A stretch of DNA of 64,000 bases, from the NCBI GenBank assembly GCA_951406725.2, contig OX597825.1:21886001-21950000 (forward strand). Direction: 5' to 3'. A program made the position numbers and the translations under genes. The first letter of the stretch is position 1, and each line of letters starts with the position of its first letter. This DNA comes from Octopus vulgaris (taxonomy: Eukaryota). The notes under the pieces are model-generated. The model searched no databases. It was not told the DNA's origin and was given only the letters and a program-made list of their open reading frames with translations. This document shows, in pieces, positions 1 to 15,155 of this stretch.

Positions 1-31
<31 letters not shown>

Positions 32-39
32 TGTATATC

Positions 40-235
40 TATGTGTGTCTGTGTTTCCCCCCCAAACCGATGCTGGAGTGTCTACGTCCTCGTAAGCCTG
101 GCGGTTCGGCAAAAGTGACCGATAGAATAACTACTATGCTTACAAAGAATAAATCCTGGGGTTGATTTACTCGACTAAAGGCGGTGCTCCAGCACGGCCG
201 CAGTCAAATGACTGAAACAAATATAAGAATAAAGG
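40..235 (+). mobile_element. 3' half of tRNA-derived SINE family B
   Basis: Matches the 3' half of the copy at 24023-24420, including the ggcggtgctccagca..cagtcaaatgactgaaac tail. Confidence 0.8.
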
Positions 236-257
236 CTATATATATAATTTTGTGTGT

Positions 258-299
<42 letters not shown>

Positions 300-307
<8 letters not shown>

Positions 308-588
308 ACCGACCAGACCATCACATGTTGTTACACATCGCTTGTCACAATGCGTTCGCATTGTTTCAGCCTTCGAATGACGCCACCCCGCTGCCTAAGC
401 AAGCAGGCCAACAGAAGAAAGAGTGAGAGAAAGGGTGGTGAAAGAGTACAGCAGGGATCACCACCCCCTGCCTCGTGGAGCTTTTAGGTGTTTTCGCTCA
501 ATAAACACTCACAACGCCCGGTCTGGGAATCGAAACCGCGATCCTGCGACGGCGAGTCCGCTGCCCTAACCACTAGGCCATTGCGTCT

Positions 589-591
<3 letters not shown>
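300..591 (-). mobile_element. tRNA-derived SINE family A, tail type 1
   Basis: Minus-strand head with A box (tggcctagtggttag) and B box (ggtttcgattccc); near-identical copy at 12663-12958. Confidence 0.85.
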
Positions 592-687
<96 letters not shown>

Positions 688-2580
688 TTTAAATATAAAC
701 ATATATATATGTTTATATATATAAGTAATTTTATACAGTAGTAATTTCCGTGGTTCAAAGTATGTTGGTCATCAGTTTTCACATTAAATAGCTTATCGTT
801 TTCTCACCAAATTAAGTGCGAATGATCTCCTTTGCTGTCTTATTTTATTGGCCAAAAAACAACCGTCTAAATAAAGAGTGTCTTTGAAGAAATTATATAA
901 TAACATGGAGGCATCTTTTTATCTTTTCTTTATCAAACTTTTAACTATCGATCTGTTATTATTTTAAAATATATAATATCGAACCCTTTGTTCTCTTCTT
1001 CGCTGGTATTATTAGCGCGATTTTTATCAAATAACATGGTATTACATTTTATATCAGTAAAATCTTTTTATAATGGTTCTTTAAATAAAATCCATTAGTA
1101 AATCGGCTTGTAACCACGTGTTTACACGATCGATATTAGGAAATATATATATATATATATATACTATATAGTCGTTCCGGTACATTATATCGTTTCACTT
1201 TATTTGCTATTTATATTTTATTTGTAGAAGAAATGAAAGTTATGGGGCGTTTCTAAACAAAACGGAGACTTTTTTTTATCGCGGATGCTTGTTTCGAACA
1301 ATGCATGCACAGCATAATTCCATAATGAAAACAGATATAACTCGTGTATACAATTTCATGAGACCTGACCGTATCCGGATTTTCATGGTAGGCTTATAGA
1401 AAAAAGAATCTTGTGCAAGAGATACTAGTCCAGCACAGGATTAATACACAGGTGGCATTGATTCCCTTTAAACGCTCTTATAATTTAAAATGCTTTGATT
1501 ATAATGTCTATGTTTTACAGCCAAACAACTAACCAAAAATAATCTACTTTATGAAGCCAGATATCTTTCAGTACCATTTATAATTGTAGAGAATGTAATG
1601 TTTTTCTCAGGTCTTCGTGATCACAGGGTTGGTTATTCAGTTTCCATGGTGTTCAAATGATCAAGATCACAACAATAAACTCTGAACGGGTCGCCACTGT
1701 GTCGTAGGATTCAAAACCAACAATTTTGAGTGAAGACGGTAAATCGATTACATCGATCCGATTACTTGGGGGTTCTTAATTTCATTGAGCCTGAAGGAAC
1801 GACAGCCAAACTGACCTAGGCGTGATTTGAAGTCAGAATGTAGGGAGCCGGATTCAATACTGCTAATCATTTTGTTCCGCATACAAACCATTCTGCCTGC
1901 TTTAGAGAGTATACAGAAGATTGCAACTTCGTAAAAGTTATTCTTAACCTTTGAATGCTAATTCAAATTCCAGCATCAAAATTTGGTTCACGGTTCAAAT
2001 TTCTGGCTAGAAATTCATTGGATAAAGAGCAACAGTTTATATAAGAATAAGGCTATACAATATCCTTTCTGGCATGTGCATAGCTAGATTCATTAAATCC
2101 ACCTCGTGATGTTTACGCTTCTGGATTGTCACGCCAAATATCACACAGATTGTTAAATCATTTGCTGTAAAACGTTTTTGTTTGAAGGTACCCCGTACTG
2201 CGATCAGTGTCAAAATTGTATTACTGTCTATTCACTACAAGCTAATTTTTTAGTTTAAAAGTAAGCTGAAATTGTTTTCTGCTTAGGTTGAGCCAAGTTA
2301 GTTATTATTAGAATAATTTAACTTGACATAAACCGAAGATACCACCGGAAAATGAACCATCTTAATTCGAGTATGAATTATATAATGTTACATCAATATT
2401 TAGCCGAAGTTTAACTAACTTGAATTGTATTTTAACCCAAGCCATCATAAAGAGACACGAAACTGCTTATTCGTTCTTTATAGTAACTTCATATTTAAAT
2501 CTTGATACAATGATTGAACATAATACTTTCTTCGCAAAGCAAAATACGTTATATACGCAAATAAATGTATCCATAATCGA

Positions 2581-2775
2581 AGGCGGAGAGCTGGCAGAAA
2601 CGTTAGCATGCTGGGCGTTCTGAGTTCAAATTCCGCTGATGTCGACTTTGCATTGTATCCTTTCGAGTCGATATATTAAGTACCAGTTACGCACTGGGGT
2701 CGATGTAATCGACTTAATCCGTTTGTCTTTCCTTGTTTGTCCTCTCTGTGTTTAGCCCCTTGTTGGTAGTTAAAA
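2581..2775 (+). mobile_element. SINE family C (aggcggcgagctggcaga head)
   Basis: B-box-like gagttcaaattcc; body shared with 49169-49553, 4741-4870, 14410-14610, 17605-17815 and 41010-41222. Confidence 0.8.
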
Positions 2776-3197
2776 ATAAAATAAACGTACCCATAATTTA
2801 TGAATATCTGTGAGCGTGTATGAATGTACTTCGTTACTCATGTTTCATGGGTTCAAATCCACAGCTGGTTTTTTTTTCAATGTATTTATGTTCCGAGAAT
2901 GCCATTCCATATTACATCAATATTGCGAACTCTTAGAAGTTGGTACCGCTTTTTTCCGGTGAACGGTTCGAAAGTTAAATACAATACAATCAAATACACA
3001 AAATACACACAGTTGCATAAATATATTTTTTTACAAACGAACGGCTGACCATTTAACATCTAAAAATTGACTAGATTTATCGCACGCTGGCAAGAATATA
3101 TCAATAACTACATGTTTGTTTACTTTATTTCATGAATTCAGTAATATATAATTCTGTTTCACCCTTAAATATATATATCTTCTAACTTCAAAATAAT

Positions 3198-3374
<177 letters not shown>

Positions 3375-3706
3375 ATCTGCATATATGTTATTAGAACTTC
3401 TCACATATGCCAAATATTAAGCTCATAAATATCCCAAGTGTATCGGAAAGTAGAGGGTGCATTTTGCTGTATCAGCCATCTCGGAAGATTTATAATAGCG
3501 GAACAAATGCTGTCAGGTCAGAGTAATTGATCGCTCAGTTCAAAAGTGGCAAATATGTTTCATCGTATTCATGACAACAGGATTTACAGTATAGAATTGT
3601 CAGCAAAGAAAACGGAGCATCGACAGGGACATACATCCAATGACAGAGCTGATAAATGTTGTGAACTTGTATAAATAAACGCCTTTGTTGGGCACGCTCA
3701 TGATCG

Positions 3707-3746
<40 letters not shown>

Positions 3747-3792
3747 TACGAAAGTACATATATGTAGACATATACATATACAGACATACATA

Positions 3793-3839
<47 letters not shown>

Positions 3840-3844
3840 GTATA

Positions 3845-3891
<47 letters not shown>

Positions 3892-4740
3892 GCGCACACA
3901 TATATATATATACGCATATATTTATATAAGTGTGTATGTATGTGAGTGTGGGTGTATGTAAATTCCATATGTTTGGGTGTATAATTAAGCACTACAGCAC
4001 AAACATAGAATTTTGCATGAATAAGAATGAACTAACCCATAAATCTCTGTAAATGTTTGACCTTAAGTCTATGTCACACGCACACGCGTGCAAAATACAC
4101 ATACATTCATGCATACATTCATTTATATTTACGCGCACACACATAGACACACAAACACACACACACACACAGTACTGAAATATTTAGGGAAACGAAAATA
4201 TACGTCTGGTTATAAAAACAGGGATATAGAACTAAAATTATGAGTATGTAGAATCATTTAGCATCGCTTTCATATTATCATTTTTTCATCTAAAAATTCA
4301 TTCTTCATAATTTGAATTGTTATGTTCTACGTCCCCAATGTTTTGTAGTGTCCCTCTCTACGTCGCCCCTAGTGGGTAATAAAGAAATGAGAGTATGTAG
4401 AGTCATTATTTCATCGGCAGAAATTACAAAGGGACACAGTAGAAAGAGCTTTTTGTGAATTCGGAACTAATCAAACGAAAACCAAAGTTTTCTAGTATCT
4501 AGTTATTATAAAAGTTTTACTAAAGTTGATTATTTTTTTTACGGTATTGATGTCCATTCAGAGAAGCCTTTTTAGATGCTGATGGAAGAAAAGCAGAAAT
4601 ATTGATACCGAATTACTTTAAAGTCACGCTATAATATCTAATACAGTGAACTTAAAACTTAAGACTAGTCGGTTTTAGGGTGTTTAATTGTTAAATATAT
4701 GTTTCATCTAAATTAGAATTAATATATAATATTGTTTTCT

Positions 4741-4870
4741 AACTGGTACTTAATTTATCGAACCCGAAAGGCAAAGTCGATCTCGGCGGAGTTTGAACTC
4801 AGAACGTTAAGATAGACGAAATGCCGCTAAGCATTTCGCCCGGCGTGCTAATATTTCTGCCAGCTCACTC
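4741..4870 (-). mobile_element. SINE family C, 5' part
   Basis: Reverse complement matches the head of 49169-49400. Confidence 0.75.
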
Positions 4871-5264
4871 CCTGTAATGTATAATATTCTGAAATATGTT
4901 TAGTAATTAGTATATCCCTCCAATAAAACACCTTAAATCGCTGAGTCTTGGTAGCAACATTAGGCCTCGTCATGTATAGTAATTCATCCGATCAATTATT
5001 ATGCATTAATATAATCAAGCTCGTATTTTCATCTTGGATGATGTCTTAGATATGCCCATGTTTTGAATATGACATCAGAATGTCACACTCGATCACGGAA
5101 TCTCGAAATTTTGAAGCTATACCTATATTTCATCCATACTACAACGATATGCTTTTCTTATTGCACTTTTAACGCCAAACATATTCTCGTAATTGTGATT
5201 CGTTTGCACTTTACTTCTTCTGTTGGAAACAGTATGCATATATATACACATATAAATACATACT

Positions 5265-5505
5265 GGTGTTCCACAAGGCACTGTCTTAAGGCCATTACTC
5301 TTCATAGTGGTTCTCTCAGATATGCCCTCAATTATTCAGATAGCCACCCTGGCTAGCTATGCAGATGACACAAGAATCTCTCAGAAAATACAAGATACTG
5401 GAAATATTGCACATATGCAACGAGAGTTGGACGCAATATACAGGTGGCCTGAGGGCAACAACATGCAGTGTAATACAGGAAAATTCCAAGCACTGCGCTA
5501 CCAGC
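5265..5505 (+). mobile_element. CR1 LINE RT fragment (GVPQGTVL.PLLF..YADDT..KFQALRYQ)
   Basis: Protein and DNA similarity to the CR1 copy at 33736-35100. Confidence 0.88.
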
Positions 5506-6528
5506 CTACAAATATATGTGTATATATTTGTGTGTATATATTTGTGTATACCTGTATATTTATATAAAATATACAACATAATTTATTGGGATATGCAATA
5601 CTATGAATTAGATACAGCCCGCCCATCTATGCATGTTGCAGAACTTAATTTAACAGTGGCTATATACATTCTTAACCGCTAGTGTAATACATACGTAAGC
5701 ACTGAAATTACTTGATAAATCAATAATTGCCATCCCTTAATCACTAATACTCATAACTGTTCAATTCAACGATTTATGCTTCTAAAACCTACTGATACAA
5801 GCGATCTATGGCCTTTTACGGCGTATATCCATCGTTTACATTTTTACTACAGCGAGTAACGGTTTCTTAATGACCAGCCTTTTGTTTTTGAAAATTAACT
5901 GACCAATAGTATTCTCTTACTCTCCAGTCTAGTCCTACTCCATACCTGTGGTTGTTTCAGGTATATTGCCTACTTATAATAATTAGTAAAATGCATACGA
6001 AAGCAATTAATAGTAAATTATAGTCAACTGTTATTATTTAATTCTATAACTACTGGTATTTCTAATTATTTTTTTTTTACTTAAACAAATTGTTTATTTA
6101 GTTATTATATAGTTAACCCACGCCTACCCGCTGTATATAGGAACGTACCACTTAATATTATAAATATCCCTTATTATATTTCTAAACTCGAGTTGGTCGA
6201 ATGTTTCACGGTGGGTCAGCATGTAGCACCAATTAATTATCACCGTTCTCACTTTCTCCTTTTCTTTCTTTTTTTACCTATATTTTATTTCTTTTTCCGC
6301 ACTGAGGAAGTTTCGAGATTCAATTTAGTATAACTAATTACTTAGAATGATAGCTATTATTACTATTATTGTGTTGGTTAGAATTAAGTATAACGCTATC
6401 AGAAACAGTTGTAAGTTGGGATTTTGTCTTTTTGTAATTAATTAATAAATGATAATTGTCGTTAATCAATTGTTATTCATCAATTGTATCTCCATTTTCT
6501 GTTTTCCTGATATATATATATATCCTCC

Positions 6529-6720
6529 ATGGAAACAATAATAGCAAGTGGTGTTCCACTGCAGTTTAATGCAGGAAAATTCCAAGCCATGCGCTACCAG
6601 CACACAAAACAGAATGATATGCAGAGAGGATACACTGTTCCGGGAGGAATTACAATCCCTGAATCAAAATCAGTGCGTGACCTGGGCATTTACATGGGAA
6701 TGAGGCATCTTTCCAGTAGC
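6529..6720 (+). mobile_element. Internally deleted CR1 LINE fragment (SGVP|QFNAGKFQ..SVRDLGI)
   Basis: Homologous to 34000-34017 and 34207-34365 of the CR1 copy. Confidence 0.8.
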
Positions 6721-7997
6721 ATTTTGTCCATCTTTACATTCTGGGTTCAAATCCCACAGATATTGAATTTGCCTTTCATCCTTTCTGTGTCGACAAAATA
6801 AGTAAGTGCCGGAAACTGAAGTCCATGTATCGGCTTATCCCTTCCCAGGAATTGCTATCCTTGTGCTAAACATTATGGCGATTTTTTTTTAGTAATGTTG
6901 AATTGTTCTCGACCTTTATGCCTTTGCTTTTGAAAAATGATGCTATGCTTACAGGCGAGTTGTTACACTTAATTGCTTTTCTAACAATTACCTTTTCTCC
7001 TTGTTATGTCTTTCTTATTGCTACATATGTATTGTACAGGAGGTCGTTGACTGCAAACAATTTTTATTCCCTTTCTATGGTTTGTGAGAACCAAAGTTCA
7101 TATATTGTGGTTGGGTGATGTGGATAAATCATTCGTGTGTTGGCATCAAATGGCAGACTAGCAAACACCACTGCACCACAAGAAGATAATAAAACATTAC
7201 ATAAAATAAGAAACTGCAAATCGACAGGACAATATAAAATGGGTTCCATTGTACACCTATGATGCACTGAATTTACTTTCAGGTCATCCTTATATTGCAA
7301 GCTCACATTTATTTCTCCGTGTTTAAATGTTTATTACCGTTTCAAAGGTTTTCATGTCAACTGATCATGAGAAAAATGTGTGTATTCCAATGATCGTATT
7401 TCATTGTAAAACCCTGTGAAAGGGAATAAGAGGAGAGACCAGTAAAATTAATGCGAGAGGAACTCTAAATAAACTTTTCAGGAAAGGTGGGGTTGTCATT
7501 AATTACAAAAAAAAAAAAAACTGTCAGACTAAGGAACTTGCGTGTGTTTGCGGGTGTACATTGTAAGTATAAATTGAAATGCAATAATGTCATATTTTAT
7601 ATTTTTCTGTCTGATTTAAGATGCCATCTTTTCCATCCTCCGACTAAACTGGGTAAACATCACGTGGAATCTTATATAGCACTATAGAGTATGAAAGTAT
7701 CTTCACTCATATATGAAGTCGCAATTTCTTACAAGATGATGGGGATTGGTAAAAGCGTCAACGCATTGGCCCAAATTTAATTCAGAATGTTCTCCAAAAT
7801 TTACATTCTGTGTTCACATCATAGCAAAGTAAAATTTGTTTCGAGGTCGATAAATTGAAATACCAGTCAAAGGCTTTGATGTGTATAATGTGTTATGTCG
7901 CCCACCTAGATTTTGGACCGTGTATCGATATTAGTAATAGTTATGCTTATTAGAAAAATATATATACATATTGTCTTATATTTTTCTTTTGTTCCAG

Positions 7998-8151
7998 GAA
8001 GCACAGACATCGAAACATTGTTAGCGTTTTAGGATTGTGTCTCGAAACCCGTCTTCCTTGTCTTATGGTCGAATTTGTGGAAGGTGTTGCTCTAAGGGAT
8101 TACATGAAACATAACTACAATTGTATGACATGGCCTCTTCGAGCAAGAATC
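7998..8151 (+). CDS. Protein kinase exon (subdomains IV-VIa): xKHRHRNIVSVLGLCLETRLPCLMVEFVEGVALRDYMKHNYNCMTWPLRARI
   Basis: Acceptor ttttgttccag, donor gtaagt; HxNIV..LG and LMVEF hinge motifs; phase-0 end joins the next exon in frame. Confidence 0.93.
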
Positions 8152-8982
8152 GTAAGTATTTAAAACAGAATTTGAGATACGGCACATTGCTAATTGATAA
8201 ATCTAGCTTTATGTAAATGATGTCTTATGACAAAAGTCGTGGAGCTCAAATGATATGTTTACTTTATCTACTCATAGAACCGTGTAATGATTGAAACCAT
8301 GAAATTCGAATTCACAACACAGACTACTGCAAATAAAACGTGCAAGATATCTGGCCAGTTTTCTAAAGATTCTCCCACCTAGAAATAATAACTTTACAAA
8401 TAATATTTATCATTACCGTACGTCTGGCTTTATGCGGAGTTCATACGGGAACCCCGAATGTTAAAACTAACTGCTAGAAATAGCAACGTCTTCGCCCTGA
8501 AATATTTGAAAAAAGGAAGAGGATGTGTTCAAAGAATCACTTTGAACATAGATCTTAGAGATAAGGATTGGTCTGGTGCTAAACAAGCACAACAAAGAAG
8601 AGTATAAGGAAACCGTTTCGAAGATAATTATCTATTGTAAATATATTAGCTTTGTAGAAGATAAGATGCTTTGCTTCGCTTATCCTGTTTCATTGAGATA
8701 AAATCATAATTTTCTTTCTTCACCGCGTAATTGTTTAACTGGTGTTAAATGACTTGTAGTCTAACACACAGTTTTACATTTTTCGTCAACTTTGAGGTCA
8801 ATATTACAAATAAAAGGTGTGACACCTTTGAAGCAATCCATCAGAACATTTTTTTTTTCAAATACAATACCTTGTGATTTTCTAGATAATATAGTTATAA
8901 GCTTGAACTATTAATTATATATTGTTTAGAATAAGATGTGAGCTTTTATTAAACATATATTCATAGACATACGCACATGTAT

Positions 8983-9058
<76 letters not shown>

Positions 9059-9079
9059 ATACATGCATCTATATATATA

Positions 9080-9117
<38 letters not shown>

Positions 9118-9165
9118 AATACGTGTTCATATATATGTATATATGTACATTTATATAAGTATACG

Positions 9166-9206
<41 letters not shown>

Positions 9207-9545
9207 TGTATATATGTATATATATATGTGTGTGTGTATATACATATATCTTTACATATGTATAAATATATATATATATATATGTGTCTAGAGAGAGAGA
9301 GAGAGAGAGAGAGAGTGTGTGTGTATGAGTGTTTGAACTGATGTACACATCTTGTATATTCAGAATGTTGGATAATTATATATATTTTCTTTTTATTTAT
9401 ATTAATGTTTTCTTCGGCCATCGGATTTATCAAACACTTTTCCATAAATCTCATTATGGAAGAAAGCGCTAAAAGTGTAGATAAATATATATATAATCAT
9501 CTAACTTTCTGACTATCTTGTTTTTCTCAATATATGTGAATGTGT

Positions 9546-9671
<126 letters not shown>

Positions 9672-9892
9672 GAACACATTTCTATGAAAGGAATTCAGGG
9701 AACGTGAGCGACTGCTCTTGAAAATTTAATGGTGCTAATGACACGCGTGTCCTAATTATATATGTATTGAAAATCTTTCAATAAATAAATAAGAAGAAAA
9801 TTTTCAAAACAGGAACAACACCATATGTACGTATTGTAGAAGAATATTTACACGCGCCAAAGATGCAATCATGTATGATATGCTGACGATAT

Positions 9893-9947
<55 letters not shown>

Positions 9948-9949
<2 letters not shown>

Positions 9950-10327
9950 TCTTTGACTCTTTTAGTTGTTTCAGTCATTTGTGGCTATGCTGGAGCACAG
10001 CCTCTTTAGTCGAGCAAATCGACCCTATGACTTATTCTTTGTAAGCCTAGTACTTATTTTATCGGTCACTTTTTCCGAACCGCTAAGTTATGGGGACGTA
10101 AACACACTAGCATCGGTTGTCAAGCGATGTTGGGGGGACAAACACAGACACAAAAACATATACATATATACATATATACGACGGGCTTCTTTCAGTTTCC
10201 GTCTACCAAGTCCACTGACAAGATCTTGGTCGGCCGGAGGCTATAGTAGAAGATAGGTGTCACGAAGTGGGACTGAACCCAGAACCATATGGTTCGTAAG
10301 CAAGCTACTTACCACACGGTCACCCCT

Positions 10328-10328
<1 letters not shown>
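9948..10328 (-). mobile_element. SINE family B, near full length
   Basis: Aligns end to end with 24023-24420. Confidence 0.85.
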
Positions 10329-10400
<72 letters not shown>

Positions 10401-10555
10401 AATAAATATATATAATTAAATAAATATATGTATATGTATATATACATATATTTATATTTACATGCATATATATATATATATATAAATATATATATATATA
10501 CACACATATATATACATATATATATACATTTATTTATACACATATACATATATAG

Positions 10556-10679
<124 letters not shown>

Positions 10680-10950
10680 GATAAACACGCACATATATGT
10701 ATGTGCCTGTGTTTACGTGTTCCTGGTGTCTGCTGTTGCGCTGTTGCTACCACGTGCGTTTGCTTTCAGAGTGAGAGGATTTATGAAAGAATATTTCTAT
10801 ATTATAATTTGATTTCACTTTTTGAATATTCTTTTTTACTGCAACTGGATACAGATAACGATATTTCGCTGCTGTTTTCGAGCTTATTGATGCACCGCAA
10901 ATTGGGATCCTGAAACTACATGCTCTATATTGCTTTTCTTGTATTTTCAG

Positions 10951-11061
10951 TGTCTCCAGGCATCAGAGGGCCTGCATTTTTTGCATTCCCGTAAACCAGC
11001 AATATTACATAGGGACATCAGATGTGCTAATATATTCATCAGCGATCATGACATCGTTAAG
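10951..11061 (+). CDS. Protein kinase exon (subdomains VIa-VIb): [37 protein letters not shown]
   Basis: Acceptor gtattttcag, donor gtaaaa; HRD catalytic loop; 111 bp, phase 0/0. Confidence 0.95.
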
Positions 11062-11169
11062 GTAAAAGCGTTTTATATACGTCATTGCTCCAGTTATGGA
11101 GTCTTAATTTATGCTTCTACGCCTTTTCTTACCGCGTGTATACATGTCTATCAGATTCTGTCTTTTCCA

Positions 11170-11206
<37 letters not shown>

Positions 11207-11219
11207 ATCTATCTATATA

Positions 11220-12529
<1,310 letters not shown>

Positions 12530-12589
12530 TATATATATATACATATATACATATGTCTGTGCTTCTATTAATTATTTGCGTTCAATATA

Positions 12590-12662
<73 letters not shown>

Positions 12663-12670
<8 letters not shown>

Positions 12671-12954
12671 CTCACGTGACCGACCAGACCATCAGATGTT
12701 GTTACACATCGCTGGTCACAATGCGTTCGCATTGTTTTAGCCTTCGAATGACGCCACCCCGCTGGCTAAGCGAGCAGGCCAACAGAAGAAAGAGTGGGAG
12801 TAAGAGTGGTGAAAGATTACAGCAGGGATCACCCCCGCCCTGCCGGAGCGTCGTGAAGCCTTTTAGGTGTTTTCACTCAATAAACACACACAACGCCCGG
12901 TCTGGGAATCGAAACCGCGATCCTGCGACCGCGAGTCCGCTGCCCTAACCACTG

Positions 12955-12958
<4 letters not shown>
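12663..12958 (-). mobile_element. SINE family A, tail type 1
   Basis: Near-identical to 300-591. Confidence 0.85.
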
Positions 12959-13001
<43 letters not shown>

Positions 13002-13636
13002 TTATATGCATGTCTGTATCTATTCATGTGTGTGTTCATGTGTGTGAATGATATATATGTGTATGAGTATCTGTTGATAGATTGCTATATAAATAGCATT
13101 CTATCTCTTTCTCCATTTAAAGACAGCCTACCATCAATATAAACCACACACCTATTCTCTGTACATAAGTAACTATAAATACCATTCCTATCGGAATCTA
13201 TTAATCACCCCATTCACGAATCAATACATAATTTACTCTTCGTTCATCGACAAACCTTTTTATTATGTAACTTCCATATATGTGGTTTATCTTCAGCACT
13301 GTTTTCCCACTCGCTCTTTATTGATATCTATATAAACATACACACACGCGCGCGCAATATATACTGGATGTGTATTATATAGCCCTATATAGCTACATGT
13401 ATAAATACTTCTACTCATAGCTACATGTATACGCATACGTACATATATAGCTATAACTACCTATGTATGTATATATATATGTATGTGTGTATGTATGTGT
13501 CTCTATCTATTTATATATATATGTGTGTATATGTATATATATATATATTCATACATATATATACACACACACGCATGTATTTATATATATATATGTGTGT
13601 GTGTCTTAATATATATATATATATTAATATATATGA

Positions 13637-13669
<33 letters not shown>

Positions 13670-13678
13670 CCAATATAT

Positions 13679-13718
<40 letters not shown>

Positions 13719-14409
13719 TCATATATGTGTGTTTGTTCTATATATATGTTTATTCCTCTCTGTTTTTATATATGTGTCTATGTATATCTTCGCGTTTATG
13801 GACATGGCAAATGCGATTAGTCTAATGTCTGCGAATATGGACGTGAATTTTCCCCATCTCACACAACTTCACGGTTATGTGCGCCTTGTGAATTGACATA
13901 CATTGTCTTAATTGAATATGTGAGATCTGGTGTAACCTAATGTAATGCCTGTATTGGAGATGCTTGCCAATCATATACTCTATTCGACCACGGCTCGTAT
14001 GATTGTGATTGATAATCCATCATTGTTTATTAGAAACGTTGACCGACCTTAGACAAGAATTATTGTGAAAATGGCTTCGATTTAATAAGATCTTGACAGC
14101 CTAAATATAAGTATATAAATAGATTTTTAGATAAGCAAAATTTTCGTCCATAACACAACTCAAATATCTTTTCTGCTGTCTCTATTGTTTTGTCTGAATT
14201 GTGTTATGGTGGTTTTTATAAACGCCGTTGCCAACAATGCGCCATCTTATCAAACTATTATTTGATATCTATCCTGCTGATGACAGCGCGTAGTCACAAT
14301 ATCAAGTCACTAGACTGTTGGACTGTCAATGCAATGATGAATCTGTCAATAGTTACAAATTTATATTTTGCCTGGGACTGTGAAGGTACTGCTAATGTAA
14401 TGCTTAGCA

Positions 14410-14610
14410 AAGGTGGCGAGCTAGCAAAATCGTTAGCACTTTGGGCAAAATGCTTAGTGGTATTTCGTCCCCCTTTACGTTTTGAATACAGATTCTATCT
14501 AGATTTACCTTGCTTTCCATCATTTCGAAGTCCATAAAATAATTACCACTTTAGAACTGGAGTCGATTACCCAAGAATTCAAGGGTCTGTGCCGAAATTT
14601 GAAACCAATA
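14410..14610 (+). mobile_element. Diverged SINE family C
   Basis: aaggtggcgagctagcaaaatcgttagcac head and ccgaaatttgaaaccaat tail. Confidence 0.65.
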
Positions 14611-14779
14611 TAATGCTTAGTAAACAAACGTATCTGTAAACATAGTATTCAAATCCCCTTTGAGCAGGTGAAAGTAAAATTTAACTGACTAAAGTTTTGG
14701 ATGATCTGCAACCATCTAACCTCGGACTTTGTCCTTTTTCGCGTCACTTGGAGCAAGTGACTCCTACTACAACCGCAGT

Positions 14780-15155
<376 letters not shown>

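Noticed and set aside
484-591. tRNA-like sequence (also at 42680-42760, 44520-44598, 54601-54680)
   Set aside because: These are SINE heads continuing into repeat bodies; no intact cloverleaf or Pol III terminator was seen.
1228-1387. AG..GT-bounded open frame RNESYGAFLNK..IRIFM
   Set aside because: No GxGxxG or VAxK motif, and the end phase does not fit exon 7998.
7040-7083. Candidate upstream kinase exon EVVDCKQFLFPFYG(L), phase-compatible with 7998
   Set aside because: Lacks the alphaC Glu pattern expected before HxNIV; splice signals alone are insufficient.
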